Source: Nitrospirota bacterium
GTDB taxonomy: Bacteria > Nitrospirota > UBA9217
Assembly: GCA_963818475.1 (NCBI GenBank)
Contig: CAWFSF010000002.1
Span: 640,001 to 704,000 of the forward strand
Direction of reading: 5' to 3'
DNA: 64,000 nt
Within the stretch, counting starts at the first letter, position 1, and each line of letters begins with the position of its first letter. Both the position numbers and the translations under genes were made by a program. A model generated the notes under the pieces. That model was not told the origin of the DNA and made no database searches. It saw only the letters and a program-made list of their open reading frames with translations. Shown here piece after piece: positions 20,595 to 30,317 of this stretch.

Positions 20595-21059
20595 GTGAAG
20601 ATCATAACACAGGCCGCATTGTCGTTGGCTTTACTGGGGGCGGGTTTTGCAACCGGATTTCCTGTTGGCAAAGACGCCGGATTCAATGCCGGAAGCGAGT
20701 GGGCGCTCATGCAAGCGAACCTTCTTGCGCGGGAGGCCGGCGTGTTCATGCCTGTTTATCTGGAGGAGGGACAATTCCGGGTCGTCATCAAGCAGCCGAG
20801 AGGTCTTTACAAGCGGGCATGGCAGCTTGCTGACGCAAAAGAGGAGAAGGTGCCGCTGCTGACCAGCGGGGACCTTGCCCTGTCCGAGACCATACCGCAT
20901 GACGGCAAAGTGACCCCGACTCCCGCGGATTTTCCCGGCGCATTGGAAAATGATCCCGTGCTCATGGTGCCGGATGCTGCCCCGTCCCTGCTCGAACCTC
21001 GGCAGGCGGATTTTGAGGCGATAGACTTTTGCCTTATGGAGCTTCCCTGCAATATTTGA
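20595..21059 (+). CDS. Hypothetical membrane-anchored/secreted protein, paralog 2 (longer C-terminus)
   Basis: SD AAGGAG plus GTG; GSEWALMQANLLAREAGVFMPV..LYKRAWQLAD identical to paralog 1. Confidence 0.7.
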   Translation: MKIITQAALSLALLGAGFATGFPVGKDAGFNAGSEWALMQANLLAREAGVFMPVYLEEGQFRVVIKQPRGLYKRAWQLADAKEEKVPLLTSGDLALSETIPHDGKVTPTPADFPGALENDPVLMVPDAAPSLLEPRQADFEAIDFCLMELPCNI

Positions 21060-21149
21060 CCGGTTGTATGAGTGTTGGCCCCCTTGGAGAAGGAGTGCTA
21101 CCAATGCTTAGTTGTGTCGGGATTCTCGTACTACGGTCAGGAGCCGTTC

Positions 21150-22457
21150 ATGATGCAGAGCAGGTCACTACACCGCGACCTTCCGTTGATCCAGGATGCC
21201 GACCTGCAGGGCAAGATCGTCCTCGTACGGTTCGATCATAATGTCGTGAAGAACGGCGCCATCCGCGATCCCTTTCGCATCGACCGCACCATCGGCACGC
21301 TCTTCCACATCGTGGAACGGGGCGGCAGGCCCATCCTGATGACCCATGTGGGCAGGCCAAAGGATAAAAAGACCGGCGCCATCACCTGCAGGCCCGAGGA
21401 ATCCGTTGAACCGGTGGTGCGCTATCTCGAACAGAAGCTGCATACGAAGCTTTATGTTCCCTCCTTTCCGCACGATCCGCTCCAGGGCATCAGCGGAATC
21501 GACACGTCCATCAATCTTGCGGTGCGGGACCTGCGGGAACGGAAGATCGGCGGGATCTACCTTCCGAATACGCGGTGGTTCCGGGGCGAGGAGGCCGATG
21601 GCGATCTCCGGGAGCGCTTCGCGCTGCAGCTTGCCGGCCTGGCCGACATCTATGTGAACGACGCCTTCGGCTCCTGGCAGCCCCATGCGTCCACGTTCAA
21701 CATCACCCGGCATCTGCCGTCCTGCGCCGGCTTTTTGCTGCAGCAGGAGATCATGCACCTCGAAGGCGTCATGGCACCCGAGCGGCCCTTCCTTGCCGTG
21801 GTGGCCGGAGCAAAGTACGATACCAAGATCAGGCCACTCAATGCCCTGTACGACAAAGTGGATCTCCTGGTTCTCGGCGGCGTGATCTACAATACCTACC
21901 TCTGCGCCAAGTATCAGGTGCGGATCAAGGGCGTGAGCGACGAGGACGTTGCCCTGGCACGGGAACTGGTAGAAAAGGACCGCGGCCGGAACAAGATCGT
22001 CGAGCTGCCGCTGCTCGTCGAATCAGATGCGGCCGAAGGAAGGACCGAGGGGAAATACCGGACCATCTCCATCAGGGACTTCAAACCGGGCAGCTCCTTC
22101 GGCTTTGTCATGGACATCGATCCCCGGTCCTTTGAAGAACAAGGCGTTGCCCGGGCCATCGGCACGGCAAAGACCATCTTCGTCAACGCGGTCATGGGAT
22201 TCACGCCGCACTTTGTCGCCGGCTCCCAGGCGCTCGACAACACCATCGACCAAAACCGTGAAGCCATGAAAATGTACGGCGGCGGCGACACGCTTCAGGA
22301 GTTCAAGAGCCTGCTGCCCGGCCTGTACCTTTCGGTCATGGATGACGCAAGCTATTACTTTTTCACCGGCGGCGGTACGGTGCTTACGGCTATCGAACGC
22401 GGCAGCCCCTACAGCCTTGAGCCGGTCCAGGCATTGATGGAAGCGAAGAGGAGATGA
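21150..22457 (+). CDS. pgk: Phosphoglycerate kinase (divergent type)
   Basis: VRFDHNV, MTHVGRP, YVNDAFGS, AGAKYDTKI, GGGDT, TGGG; SD AGGAG before ATG 21150. Confidence 0.85.
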   Translation: MMQSRSLHRDLPLIQDADLQGKIVLVRFDHNVVKNGAIRDPFRIDRTIGTLFHIVERGGRPILMTHVGRPKDKKTGAITCRPEESVEPVVRYLEQKLHTKLYVPSFPHDPLQGISGIDTSINLAVRDLRERKIGGIYLPNTRWFRGEEADGDLRERFALQLAGLADIYVNDAFGSWQPHASTFNITRHLPSCAGFLLQQEIMHLEGVMAPERPFLAVVAGAKYDTKIRPLNALYDKVDLLVLGGVIYNTYLCAKYQVRIKGVSDEDVALARELVEKDRGRNKIVELPLLVESDAAEGRTEGKYRTISIRDFKPGSSFGFVMDIDPRSFEEQGVARAIGTAKTIFVNAVMGFTPHFVAGSQALDNTIDQNREAMKMYGGGDTLQEFKSLLPGLYLSVMDDASYYFFTGGGTVLTAIERGSPYSLEPVQALMEAKRR

Positions 22458-22497
22458 AGGAGGCCTTCGGGGAGGAGCTTTAAAACTAAAAAGGACC

Positions 22498-22632
22498 TTT
22501 GGACACGGATCAGGTCGGATAAGAACCGGATAACGGCGGATTTTCTTTTGACGGGGGCTCACTCTTGTGGATAGATGGTTCTTTGCTTATCCGCCCTTAT
22601 TCGTCGTTCATCCGATTTGATCCGTGTACAAA
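22498..22632. repeat. Intergenic inverted tandem-repeat element, family A copy 2
   Basis: TTTGGACACGGATCAGGTCGGATAAGAACCGGATAA...ATCCGATTTGATCCGTGTACAAA. Confidence 0.8.
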
Positions 22633-22657
22633 TGCTTTTGTGTAGATTTATGCGACC

Positions 22658-23257
22658 TCAGCGACGCCGGGCTAGCTTCAACCGTCTGGCTCCTTTTTCT
22701 GCCGCCTCTTCCACCAGCCGTCCGCAACCCTCGCCGTAGACAAGCTCGATAGCTTCAGTAAAGCTTGCGCTGATGGACCTCGATCCTTTCCGCTTCGGGG
22801 CATTGCAATGAAAAAGAAGCGCATCGTCAGTGAGCGACAAGGCCTCCGCGCCCTCGGAAAAGATCATGGGCCAAAGCAGACAGGCTTTCGGCTTCACCTG
22901 CGCAAGCGGGATCCCGCGCTTGAGTGCGACCGTATGCAGGGCGCACTGGATCTTTCGCCGGGTCTTATAAGCGAACAGGCAAAGCCCGTCCTCGGTCGTG
23001 TCGATGGCATAGAGGCCGGGCTCCACGTACTCGAACACATTGTCGTATCCATCATCCGTTTCGAGAAGAGGGCAGAGCTTCACCACCTCGGGCATGATCC
23101 GGATGATCCGGCGCATTTCAGCGGCAGTAACGCAGACCTCATAGGTCGAACAGCAGCAGCGCTTGCCTGATCCGCAGCCATTGCAGTCGTGCTCAACAGA
23201 GCAAAGAGACGCGATGTCGGTATCCACGGGAGCGAAGCCCTTGTCTTTTGTTTTCAT
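22658..23257 (-). CDS. Cys-rich YkgJ/DUF3109-like putative Fe-S or zinc-chelating protein
   Basis: CNGC..CC, CLF..CALH, KPKACLLWP pattern. Confidence 0.7.
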   Translation of the reverse strand: MKTKDKGFAPVDTDIASLCSVEHDCNGCGSGKRCCCSTYEVCVTAAEMRRIIRIMPEVVKLCPLLETDDGYDNVFEYVEPGLYAIDTTEDGLCLFAYKTRRKIQCALHTVALKRGIPLAQVKPKACLLWPMIFSEGAEALSLTDDALLFHCNAPKRKGSRSISASFTEAIELVYGEGCGRLVEEAAEKGARRLKLARRR

Positions 23258-23302
23258 AAATCCTTATCTGAAATTAATACGGTATTATGGATTCCAATGC
23301 TC

Positions 23303-23434
23303 TTTGGCAACGGATCAGGTTTGACGACTGAAGGTTGAAGGCGAAGAATAAGAGCTATGGATGTTTAAAAAAGCACTTTAATTGGACGACTACGTATCGT
23401 GGTTGTTTTTCCTGAATAACTTCAGTCTTCAGCC
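23303..23434. repeat. Degenerate intergenic inverted repeat element
   Basis: TTTGGCAACGGATCAGGT resembles the family A left end; GACTGAAGGTTGAAG pairs with CTTCAGTCTTCAGCC. Confidence 0.45.
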
Positions 23435-25998
23435 TCAGCACCTGTAATTACCTTCCCCCGGCCTCCGCTCCTGCCCCATAATCCGCTGCAGCTCTTCGCT
23501 CAACTCATCCATGGTATAGGGCTTGACGATGATGCCGGCAAACCCGTACCAGGCGTAATTGGCCATGACCGCGTCATTCGAGTACCCGCTCGAAACAATG
23601 GCCTTTGCAGCCGGATCAAACTCCAGCAGGTCCCTAATGGCGTCCTTGCCTCCCATTCCACCGGGAATGGTGAGGTCCATGATAACGACGTCGTACGGGG
23701 CTTTCGAGGATCTGGCCTTCTTGAACATCTCGATCGCGGTTGTCCCGTCCGCGGCAAAATCCACCGAGTAGCCAATGAGGTCCAGCATGACGCCCGCTGT
23801 TTCCCTGACGATCTCATCGTCATCCATCAACAGTATCCGGCCCGTTCTCTTTTCATCCGAAGCGGCAACGAACGGCGGGACAGCAGGCACTGCATGTTCG
23901 GAAGAGGCTGGCAGAAAGATCGTGAAGGTGGTGCCGGTCCCCGGGTCGGACTCCACGTCGATCGCCCCTTCATGTTTTTTGACGATCGAGTACGTCGTTG
24001 CAAGCCCGAGACCGCTGCCGCCTTCTTTTGTCGTGAAGTAGGGCTCGAATATCCTTCCGATCAGCCCCTTGGGGATCCCCCGCCCGGTGTCCTGAACGAT
24101 GATGCTCACGTAGGTTCCCGGCTTCAGGTCCTGAAGCCCGGCCGGCCCTACCGTGGCGTTTCGGCCGGTGATAAGGATGGTGCCTCCCCGGGGCATTGCC
24201 TGCACCGCATTGACGACCAGGTTGCTGATGACCTGGCTGATCTGGCCCTCATCGATCTCAGCGTCCCACAGATCTTCCGGCAGGGAGAATTCGCAGCGGA
24301 CACCGGAGCCCCGTGTGCCGAAGTCGGCGGTATCGCGGATAAGGTCCCCTATGGCGGCCAGTTTTTTGACCGGCGCTCCTCCTTTTGAAAAGGTGAGGAG
24401 CTGCTGCGTCAGTTCTTTCGCACGGGTCGATGCTTTTTCCGTGCGCACCAGGCTTTTGTACACCTCGCTCTCCGGCGCGGAGTACTTTTTGCCGATATCG
24501 ATATTGCCGATGATGGCGTTCAGCAGGTTGTTGAAATCGTGCGCAATGCCGCCGGCCAGTACGCCCAGCGATTCGATCTTTTCGGACTTGTTGATCCGGT
24601 CCTCCAGCCTTTTCCGTTCGGTGATGTCGCGAAAGACCAGCACCGTGCCGGACATTACGCTGTCCTTGTCCATAATGGGGGCGACGCTGTCCGTGATGAT
24701 ACACCGTGAACCGTCGCGCGAAACGAGGAGGGCTTGCCCTTCGAGTTCGCATGCCCTGCCGGTCCTGAGCACCTGTTCAACCGGGGTGATGCGCGCCTCG
24801 CCGGTCTTTTCGTCCTGCAGTGGAAAAACATCCTTGATCGGCCTGCCCCGTGCCTCGCCCTGCTTCCAGCCCGTAAGCCGTTCGGCGACCTTGTTGATCA
24901 GCACCACGTTCCCGTTGATGTCGGTGGTGATGACGCCGTCGCCGATGCTCCGGAGGGTCACGGCCAGCTGCTCCCGCTCGGCAGCGACCATGGTCTCGAT
25001 GCGCTTGCGCTCCGTGATGTCGCGGAAGATGCCGCGCGTGCCCATGAACTTTCCGCCCTCTGCGATGGCGCTTACATTGCCCTCGACCACGATCTTGCCG
25101 CCCTGCTTCGTGATGAAGGTGGTCTCGAACCGGCCGTCCTTGTCCCCGCAGACCACGCTCTTGAACTCGGGGCCGCAGTCCGTGCACTCCGGATGGAGCA
25201 GATCGAAAATGGAGAGTCGGCACTGCTCTTCTTCCTGGTAGCCCAGCGTATCTTTCCAGGCCTTATTGACATAGCGTATGGAGCTGTCCGCGCCCAGGAC
25301 CTGGATGAGGTCCGTTGAATTCTCAAACAGGTCGCGGTACCGCTCCTCGCTCCGCCGCAGTTCCTCCTGGGCGAGTATGCGCTCCGTCATGTCCATGTAC
25401 ACCAGAACGATCCGTGACACAGCGTCTGCTTTGTCCTTGACGGGCGTGGCCACCGTATTATAATGGCGCCCGTCCAGGTCCATGTCCTGCTGGCAGCTCC
25501 TGCCCGTTGCAACGGCTCTCCTGCCCGGGCAATCCTTGCGGTTCTCAACGTGGCAGAGCAGTTCGTGGCAGAACCGCCCCGCTGTTGCGCTCCGGTCAAA
25601 TTGGAACTGCTCTTCGATCTTTTTATTCCAGGCAATGACGCGCATTTCCCGGTCCAGGACCAGAATGCCCATGCCCGCGGAATCGAAGATGGCCGTGATC
25701 TCGTCGTGGGCCGTTCTGAGCTGTTCGTTCGTTTCCTTCACGTTCCGCAGGATCTGCGAAAAGAGTCGCTCACAATGCCGATGGGGTCAAGCTCGATCAG
25801 GGTCGCATCATCCAGCTCCTCGGGCTTGAGCTCTGCCGTGCCCATGACGGTAAGCAATTGGTTCACCTTCTGGCGGATATACTGCGTTGCGTTCGTGTAT
25901 TTTTCGCGCAGCTCCAGCACCTCCTGCTGGAGCTCCTCACGTGACCGAGGCGCCTCCTGCTCCCCCGGTGGTCCCTTTTTTTTCTTATTGCCCGCCAC
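23435..25998 (-). CDS. Hybrid sensor histidine kinase (coiled coil-3xPAS-HisKA-HATPase-REC); -1 frameshift near 25760
   Basis: AHDFNNLL H-box, NAVQAM, DTGRGI, FTTK, GLGL, REC IMDLTIPG; the 86-aa ORF 25738-25998 joins as SDSFSQILRNVKETN when one T is added. Confidence 0.88.
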
Positions 25999-26001
25999 CT
26001 G

Positions 26002-26244
26002 TCAATCCTTTTTACCTGAGATCACGATGCAATAGTATCCTTCTCTCTTTTCAATGGACACGCCATAGCCCATATTGGTCGCTGATTCTGGTATGGTGAT
26101 CGTGGCATCCCTGTTGTCGGTGAAGAAACAGAGCAGTACACTTCCCTGCCGTAGGCCCTCCGCCCGGCTGTTCACTTCCTTCAGCGCAACCAGAAGGGAT
26201 GACGGGCAGATCTGCCCCCGGATATCGAATTCTATGGTTTCCAC
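26002..26244 (-). CDS. TusA/YeeD-family sulfurtransferase
   Basis: FDIRGQICPSS, TDN..TIP; SD AAGGAG; directly downstream of yeeE. Confidence 0.85.
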   Translation of the reverse strand: METIEFDIRGQICPSSLLVALKEVNSRAEGLRQGSVLLCFFTDNRDATITIPESATNMGYGVSIEKREGYYCIVISGKKD

Positions 26245-26341
26245 TCGTGCTCCTTACATGATTGTTCGTTCCTGACCATGTCGAAATGAAATATAAAAAA
26301 TCGATTTTTTAACTTTTGCCGGGGAATCGGTTCCCTCAGGT

Positions 26342-27478
26342 TCAAGCGGCCTTAGCAGGGCCTGCACCAAGGACCTTGATCAGGAGCATGCCGCCGATCA
26401 ATGCGCCTGCAAGCGTGCCGAGGAAAAAGAGCATGCTCGACATAGCCAGGATCGGCAGTCCGCCCATCAGGTGCCAGACGTTGCAAGTCGGCGCCATACG
26501 GGACGCCAGCCCCATGAGGGTCCCGCCTGTCGCGGCCAGCACGTATTGACGGGCCGGCACCTTGTAATAGAACTTCAGTTCGCCGAGCAGGGCGGCCGAG
26601 ACGGCGCTTCCGGCTATGATGCCGCCAATGAGCGGGAACTGGATCGCTGCCAGTGTATCGAACCGGGGCCCTACTCCGCCGGTCAGAACAGCATTGGTCA
26701 GGCGGTGGAGGAAGTTGAGCGGGACGGCCTGGTAAAAAACAAGTCCGTCATAATGGGAGGCGAACAGGGTACTCTCGACGAATCCGGCGATCTTGGTAAA
26801 GGAGGAGGTCACACCCAGGGGCATGCCGACCAGGACATAGGAAAGTGCGCCGATCAGAGAAAGCAGCAGGGCCGCTTTTGCAGGCTGCAGATATCCGGCG
26901 GCAAAGGCAGGCCGCACCAATTCGCCCTTCCGGTGCCACGAAAACAGAAGCAGGGCGCCGGGAACCATGACCGCCAGCACCGGGAGCAGGGGGTCGACAT
27001 TGAGCATCTGTGCGATGGTGACCTTGCCCGGCGCAAGGACCGTGCTTTTCGCAAAGGCCGCCCACGCCGGATGGAACTCGGCATAGAGCCCGCTGCCGAA
27101 AACCAGTCCTGCGAAGGCCGTCAGGCTCAGAACGCTGCCGGCGCCCATTTTATACAGCGTGCCGACGACGCAGCCTCCGGCAAAGACCATGCCGATGCCG
27201 AAGAGAAGTCCTCCGATCAGGTTCGCTGTGGTCGGCGGGTAGAGGAGCGGGAAGGGATAGGCGGACAGCAGCCCGGACTGGCGCGCGGCTTCGAACAGCA
27301 GCATGCTCGACAGGACCAGCAGGACAAAGGACTTGATCATTGCCGTACGCCTGAAAAGAAAGAGATCGCGGAACATGCCGGCCATGCAGAAATCAGACCG
27401 GTGCATCACGAACCCCGCGGCAAGGCCAAGCACCAGGGAAATGCTTCCGATAAAGATATAAGGGTCAGCAGCGAGCAT
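26342..27478 (-). CDS. YeeE/YedE family sulfur-compound (thiosulfate) transporter
   Basis: RSDFCMAG, GGLLFGIGMVFAGGC, GGTLMGLASRMAPTCN; multiple TM segments. Confidence 0.88.
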   Translation of the reverse strand: MLAADPYIFIGSISLVLGLAAGFVMHRSDFCMAGMFRDLFLFRRTAMIKSFVLLVLSSMLLFEAARQSGLLSAYPFPLLYPPTTANLIGGLLFGIGMVFAGGCVVGTLYKMGAGSVLSLTAFAGLVFGSGLYAEFHPAWAAFAKSTVLAPGKVTIAQMLNVDPLLPVLAVMVPGALLLFSWHRKGELVRPAFAAGYLQPAKAALLLSLIGALSYVLVGMPLGVTSSFTKIAGFVESTLFASHYDGLVFYQAVPLNFLHRLTNAVLTGGVGPRFDTLAAIQFPLIGGIIAGSAVSAALLGELKFYYKVPARQYVLAATGGTLMGLASRMAPTCNVWHLMGGLPILAMSSMLFFLGTLAGALIGGMLLIKVLGAGPAKAA

Positions 27479-27943
27479 CGTGGAGCTCCCCCATGCAGGA
27501 TCCGGAAGATTCCCTGTCGCGGGATTGAGAGAACCCGCCGACCTTTTCGCGATCAGAACGTACCTGCCCGTCCGGTTTTACAGTAAAATACAGCAATTCA
27601 TAGGCAGGAGCAAGATTTTTTATTCAGAAAGTTGCATAGTTTCATAGGTATCTTACGGCGGGCGGGAGGCGCAAACGGGAATCACCGGTGGCAACAACTC
27701 AATGGCAAGACGTCATTCCCTGTAACAAGAACATTTGGATACTGAAATATCGGGTTAGCTTCTGATCGTTTGGGCATTACTTGCAGAAATAAAGGGGGAC
27801 AAATGCAACCCGCGGCCTTGTCCTCGCAGATGAGACTGTTCGTGCTTTGCGCGGGGGGGAAAAATGTATCATGCGCGGTGTTGGTGAGGGGTGCTGTAAG
27901 TGCAGTTGGAATCAGGTGGACAGGGCGTGCTCCAAAGCTCGCT

Positions 27944-28129
27944 TCATGCATTGCAGGCGGCCCAGCTGCAGCCGACGCAGGTGAACTCGCCGCGCCCGTT
28001 CAGCTCACGCGTGCGGAGCGCGCAGATGTTCTTAGGCACTTGGTCTGCAAAGAGCTTGCAGTAGAGACTGCCGGCACCCTCCTGTGTATTCAGGCTCTGA
28101 TCAATGCTCTTCTGTTCACAGAGAATCAT
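27944..28129 (-). CDS. Small Cys-rich protein, 61 aa, putative metal-binding
   Basis: MILCEQ..YCKLFADQVPKNIC..CVGC..C; SD GAGGG; upstream TTGACA-17-AATAAT. Confidence 0.55.
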   Translation of the reverse strand: MILCEQKSIDQSLNTQEGAGSLYCKLFADQVPKNICALRTRELNGRGEFTCVGCSWAACNA

Positions 28130-28382
28130 GCTGGTCCCTCTCTTCCGGCGCTCCTGCCCGTCGCCAGAGTACGATATATGGCGTATTATTGATTCTCTGC
28201 AAGAAAATGTCAATCACCCGGTCAGGGTAATTTCAGGGTATGCCAGGCCTTCTAGTGTTGAGATCCGTTTTGGAGCAGGACAGCACCGTCTTAAAGCAAT
28301 TGTCGATCGGAACAGGGACCGCTCCCCCATCGATCCGCTGCTGGCTGATCAAAAACGCTTGTAGCGGTTGCCACAGTTTACC

Positions 28383-28583
28383 TTGACAAATCGACGGAAA
28401 ACGACATATTATTACATTTTTATGAAGTTCCGAAAAAGGCGTTCCTGATCAGGAGCTGTTCGTTTGGTTACGGAACGGAATACAATAACTGATTCCCGGA
28501 ATTACACTGATAAGGCCATGATTAAGAGGCAAGACAAGAAGATGTACCGTGTAAATCATTGTCTTATCGGTTTTTTTCAGTGT
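28383..28583 (+). promoter_or_regulatory. Promoter plus structured leader with an intrinsic terminator upstream of the amidohydrolase
   Basis: TTGACA-18-TATTAT; stem 28507-28523/28554-28570 followed by T7. Confidence 0.5.
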
Positions 28584-28630
28584 CAAAGACTTTGTCCTTG
28601 TGACGCAGAAACAGCGAGGTTTAACGCTTT

Positions 28631-29431
28631 ATGAACGTAATCGACTTCCACACCCACATCTTCCCGGACAATATCGCCAGGCAGGCCATGGATGCCCTGG
28701 CCGCGGCCTCCGGCAAGTACCGCCCCTGCACCGACGGGACGCTTAAGGGCCTGCAGGACTCCATGAAGCGGGCGGATATTTCGGCGAGCCTGGTGGCGAA
28801 CATCGCCACGAAACCGTCGCAAATGTACCCCATCCTGGAATATTGCGGGGAGATCCAGAGCAGCAGCATCCACCCGCTCGTCTCGTTCCATCCGTCCAAC
28901 TCCCCGGAGGAGGTCGAAGATATGCTGGGCCAGGCGCAGCGCGCTGAGATCCGCGGGGTGAAGCTTCACCCCATGGATCAGAATTTCAATATCGACGACA
29001 AATGGATGTACGGCTTTTATGAGCTGATCGCAAGCTGCGGACTCTTCCTCATGTTCCACAGCGGGTACGACATGGCCTTTCCCGGCAATACCCAGGCGGA
29101 CGTGGAGCGCATTAAAAAGGTCGCCGACTGGTTCAAGGACCTCACCATCGTCTGCACCCATGTGGGTGGATGGAAGCAGTGGGAGCGCATCAGCTGTCTC
29201 AGCAACTGCGCGAACGTGCATACCGAAACGTCCCTGACCCTGACCGAGGTGGACGACGAGGAGTTCATCCGGCTCATCGACCATTTCGATGAGGACCGGG
29301 TGCTCTTCGGGAGTGACAGCCCCTGGACGGACCAGCAGAAGATGCTGAAGCGGACCGTAGAGCTGAAGATCTCCGATGCGCGGAAGGAAAAGCTGCTGCA
29401 TAAGAACGCCGCTAACTTGCTGAAGCTGTAG
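28631..29431 (+). CDS. Amidohydrolase_2 family metal-dependent hydrolase
   Basis: IDFHTH, GVKLHP, FHSG, THVGG, VLFGSDSPW. Confidence 0.88.
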   Translation: MNVIDFHTHIFPDNIARQAMDALAAASGKYRPCTDGTLKGLQDSMKRADISASLVANIATKPSQMYPILEYCGEIQSSSIHPLVSFHPSNSPEEVEDMLGQAQRAEIRGVKLHPMDQNFNIDDKWMYGFYELIASCGLFLMFHSGYDMAFPGNTQADVERIKKVADWFKDLTIVCTHVGGWKQWERISCLSNCANVHTETSLTLTEVDDEEFIRLIDHFDEDRVLFGSDSPWTDQQKMLKRTVELKISDARKEKLLHKNAANLLKL

Positions 29432-29465
29432 TAGCGGCCGGGGCGTCGGAGCACGGGAGGGCATC

Positions 29466-30167
29466 GTGCAAAAAGTACTTATTGCACAGGAACTTCATGC
29501 GTTATTGAAGCAGGAGAACAGCGTTCTCAACCGTGAGGAGTTTGCCATCTTCACAGCGGCTTCGAACGATGAATTACTGAATGTTCACCGGGCGGAGAAG
29601 GTGAGCCTCATCATCACGCAACTCGATATGCCCGGCATGCCGACAGAACAGCTCTGCTCCGTCATCAGAGACGAGCCAAGTCTCCGGGCGGTCCCGCTTA
29701 TCATGGTCTGCGGGAACGACCCTGCGGCGATCGAAAAGTGCTCACGATGCAAGGCGAACGCGGTGCTGCTGCACCCGGTTAATCCCCTCCTGCTGATCAT
29801 AACAGCGCAGCAGCTCCTCGATATGACTTCCCGGGACACCTGCCGCGTGCTCCTGAACGCCGACATCGAGGGGCGCTCCGGGGAAGACTGCTTCTTCTGC
29901 CGGTCCAGGAACATCAGTGCCACAGGCATTCTAATGGAGACCGACAGGATTCTTGCCAGGGGCGCACACCTGTCTCTCTCCTTCTTTCTTCCTGATGCGA
30001 AGCAGGTGCAAGTCACGGGTAAGATCGTGAGGACCCTTGCGCAGACGCCGGGTGAAAAGAGCAATCAATATGGACTGATGTTCACTGAGCTCTCTCCCGA
30101 GGCTAAAGAGCTGCTTAGGGAGTTTGTCGAAAAAAATTCGTTACCATCCCGTCCTGCCGCCTTGTAG
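29466..30167 (+). CDS. Pseudo-receiver plus PilZ domain protein
   Basis: REC fold without the phospho-Asp (IITQLDMP); PilZ motifs RDTCR and NISATG. Confidence 0.8.
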   Translation: MQKVLIAQELHALLKQENSVLNREEFAIFTAASNDELLNVHRAEKVSLIITQLDMPGMPTEQLCSVIRDEPSLRAVPLIMVCGNDPAAIEKCSRCKANAVLLHPVNPLLLIITAQQLLDMTSRDTCRVLLNADIEGRSGEDCFFCRSRNISATGILMETDRILARGAHLSLSFFLPDAKQVQVTGKIVRTLAQTPGEKSNQYGLMFTELSPEAKELLREFVEKNSLPSRPAAL

Positions 30168-30317
30168 TAACCAACTGGTTCCGTAGTATCCACACACCCC
30201 TCGTGCCGTTGCCAGCTCTTTCGCTGATTGCAGAACTCCTTTATCATTTAACCTTTTCCCGGGACCGGTGTCTCAATTTGCGTAATACCTATTACTTTCC
30301 CCACGAGGAGGAGATCC

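Noticed and set aside
20145-22632. CRISPR array suggested by short repeated units
   Set aside because: Units are 9-10 nt, degenerate and inverted, with no constant repeat-spacer periodicity and no cas genes.
27500-27940. c-di-GMP or other riboswitch upstream of yeeE (also checked upstream of mglB)
   Set aside because: GCAAA-like words occur, but the two-hairpin GEMM architecture could not be built by eye.
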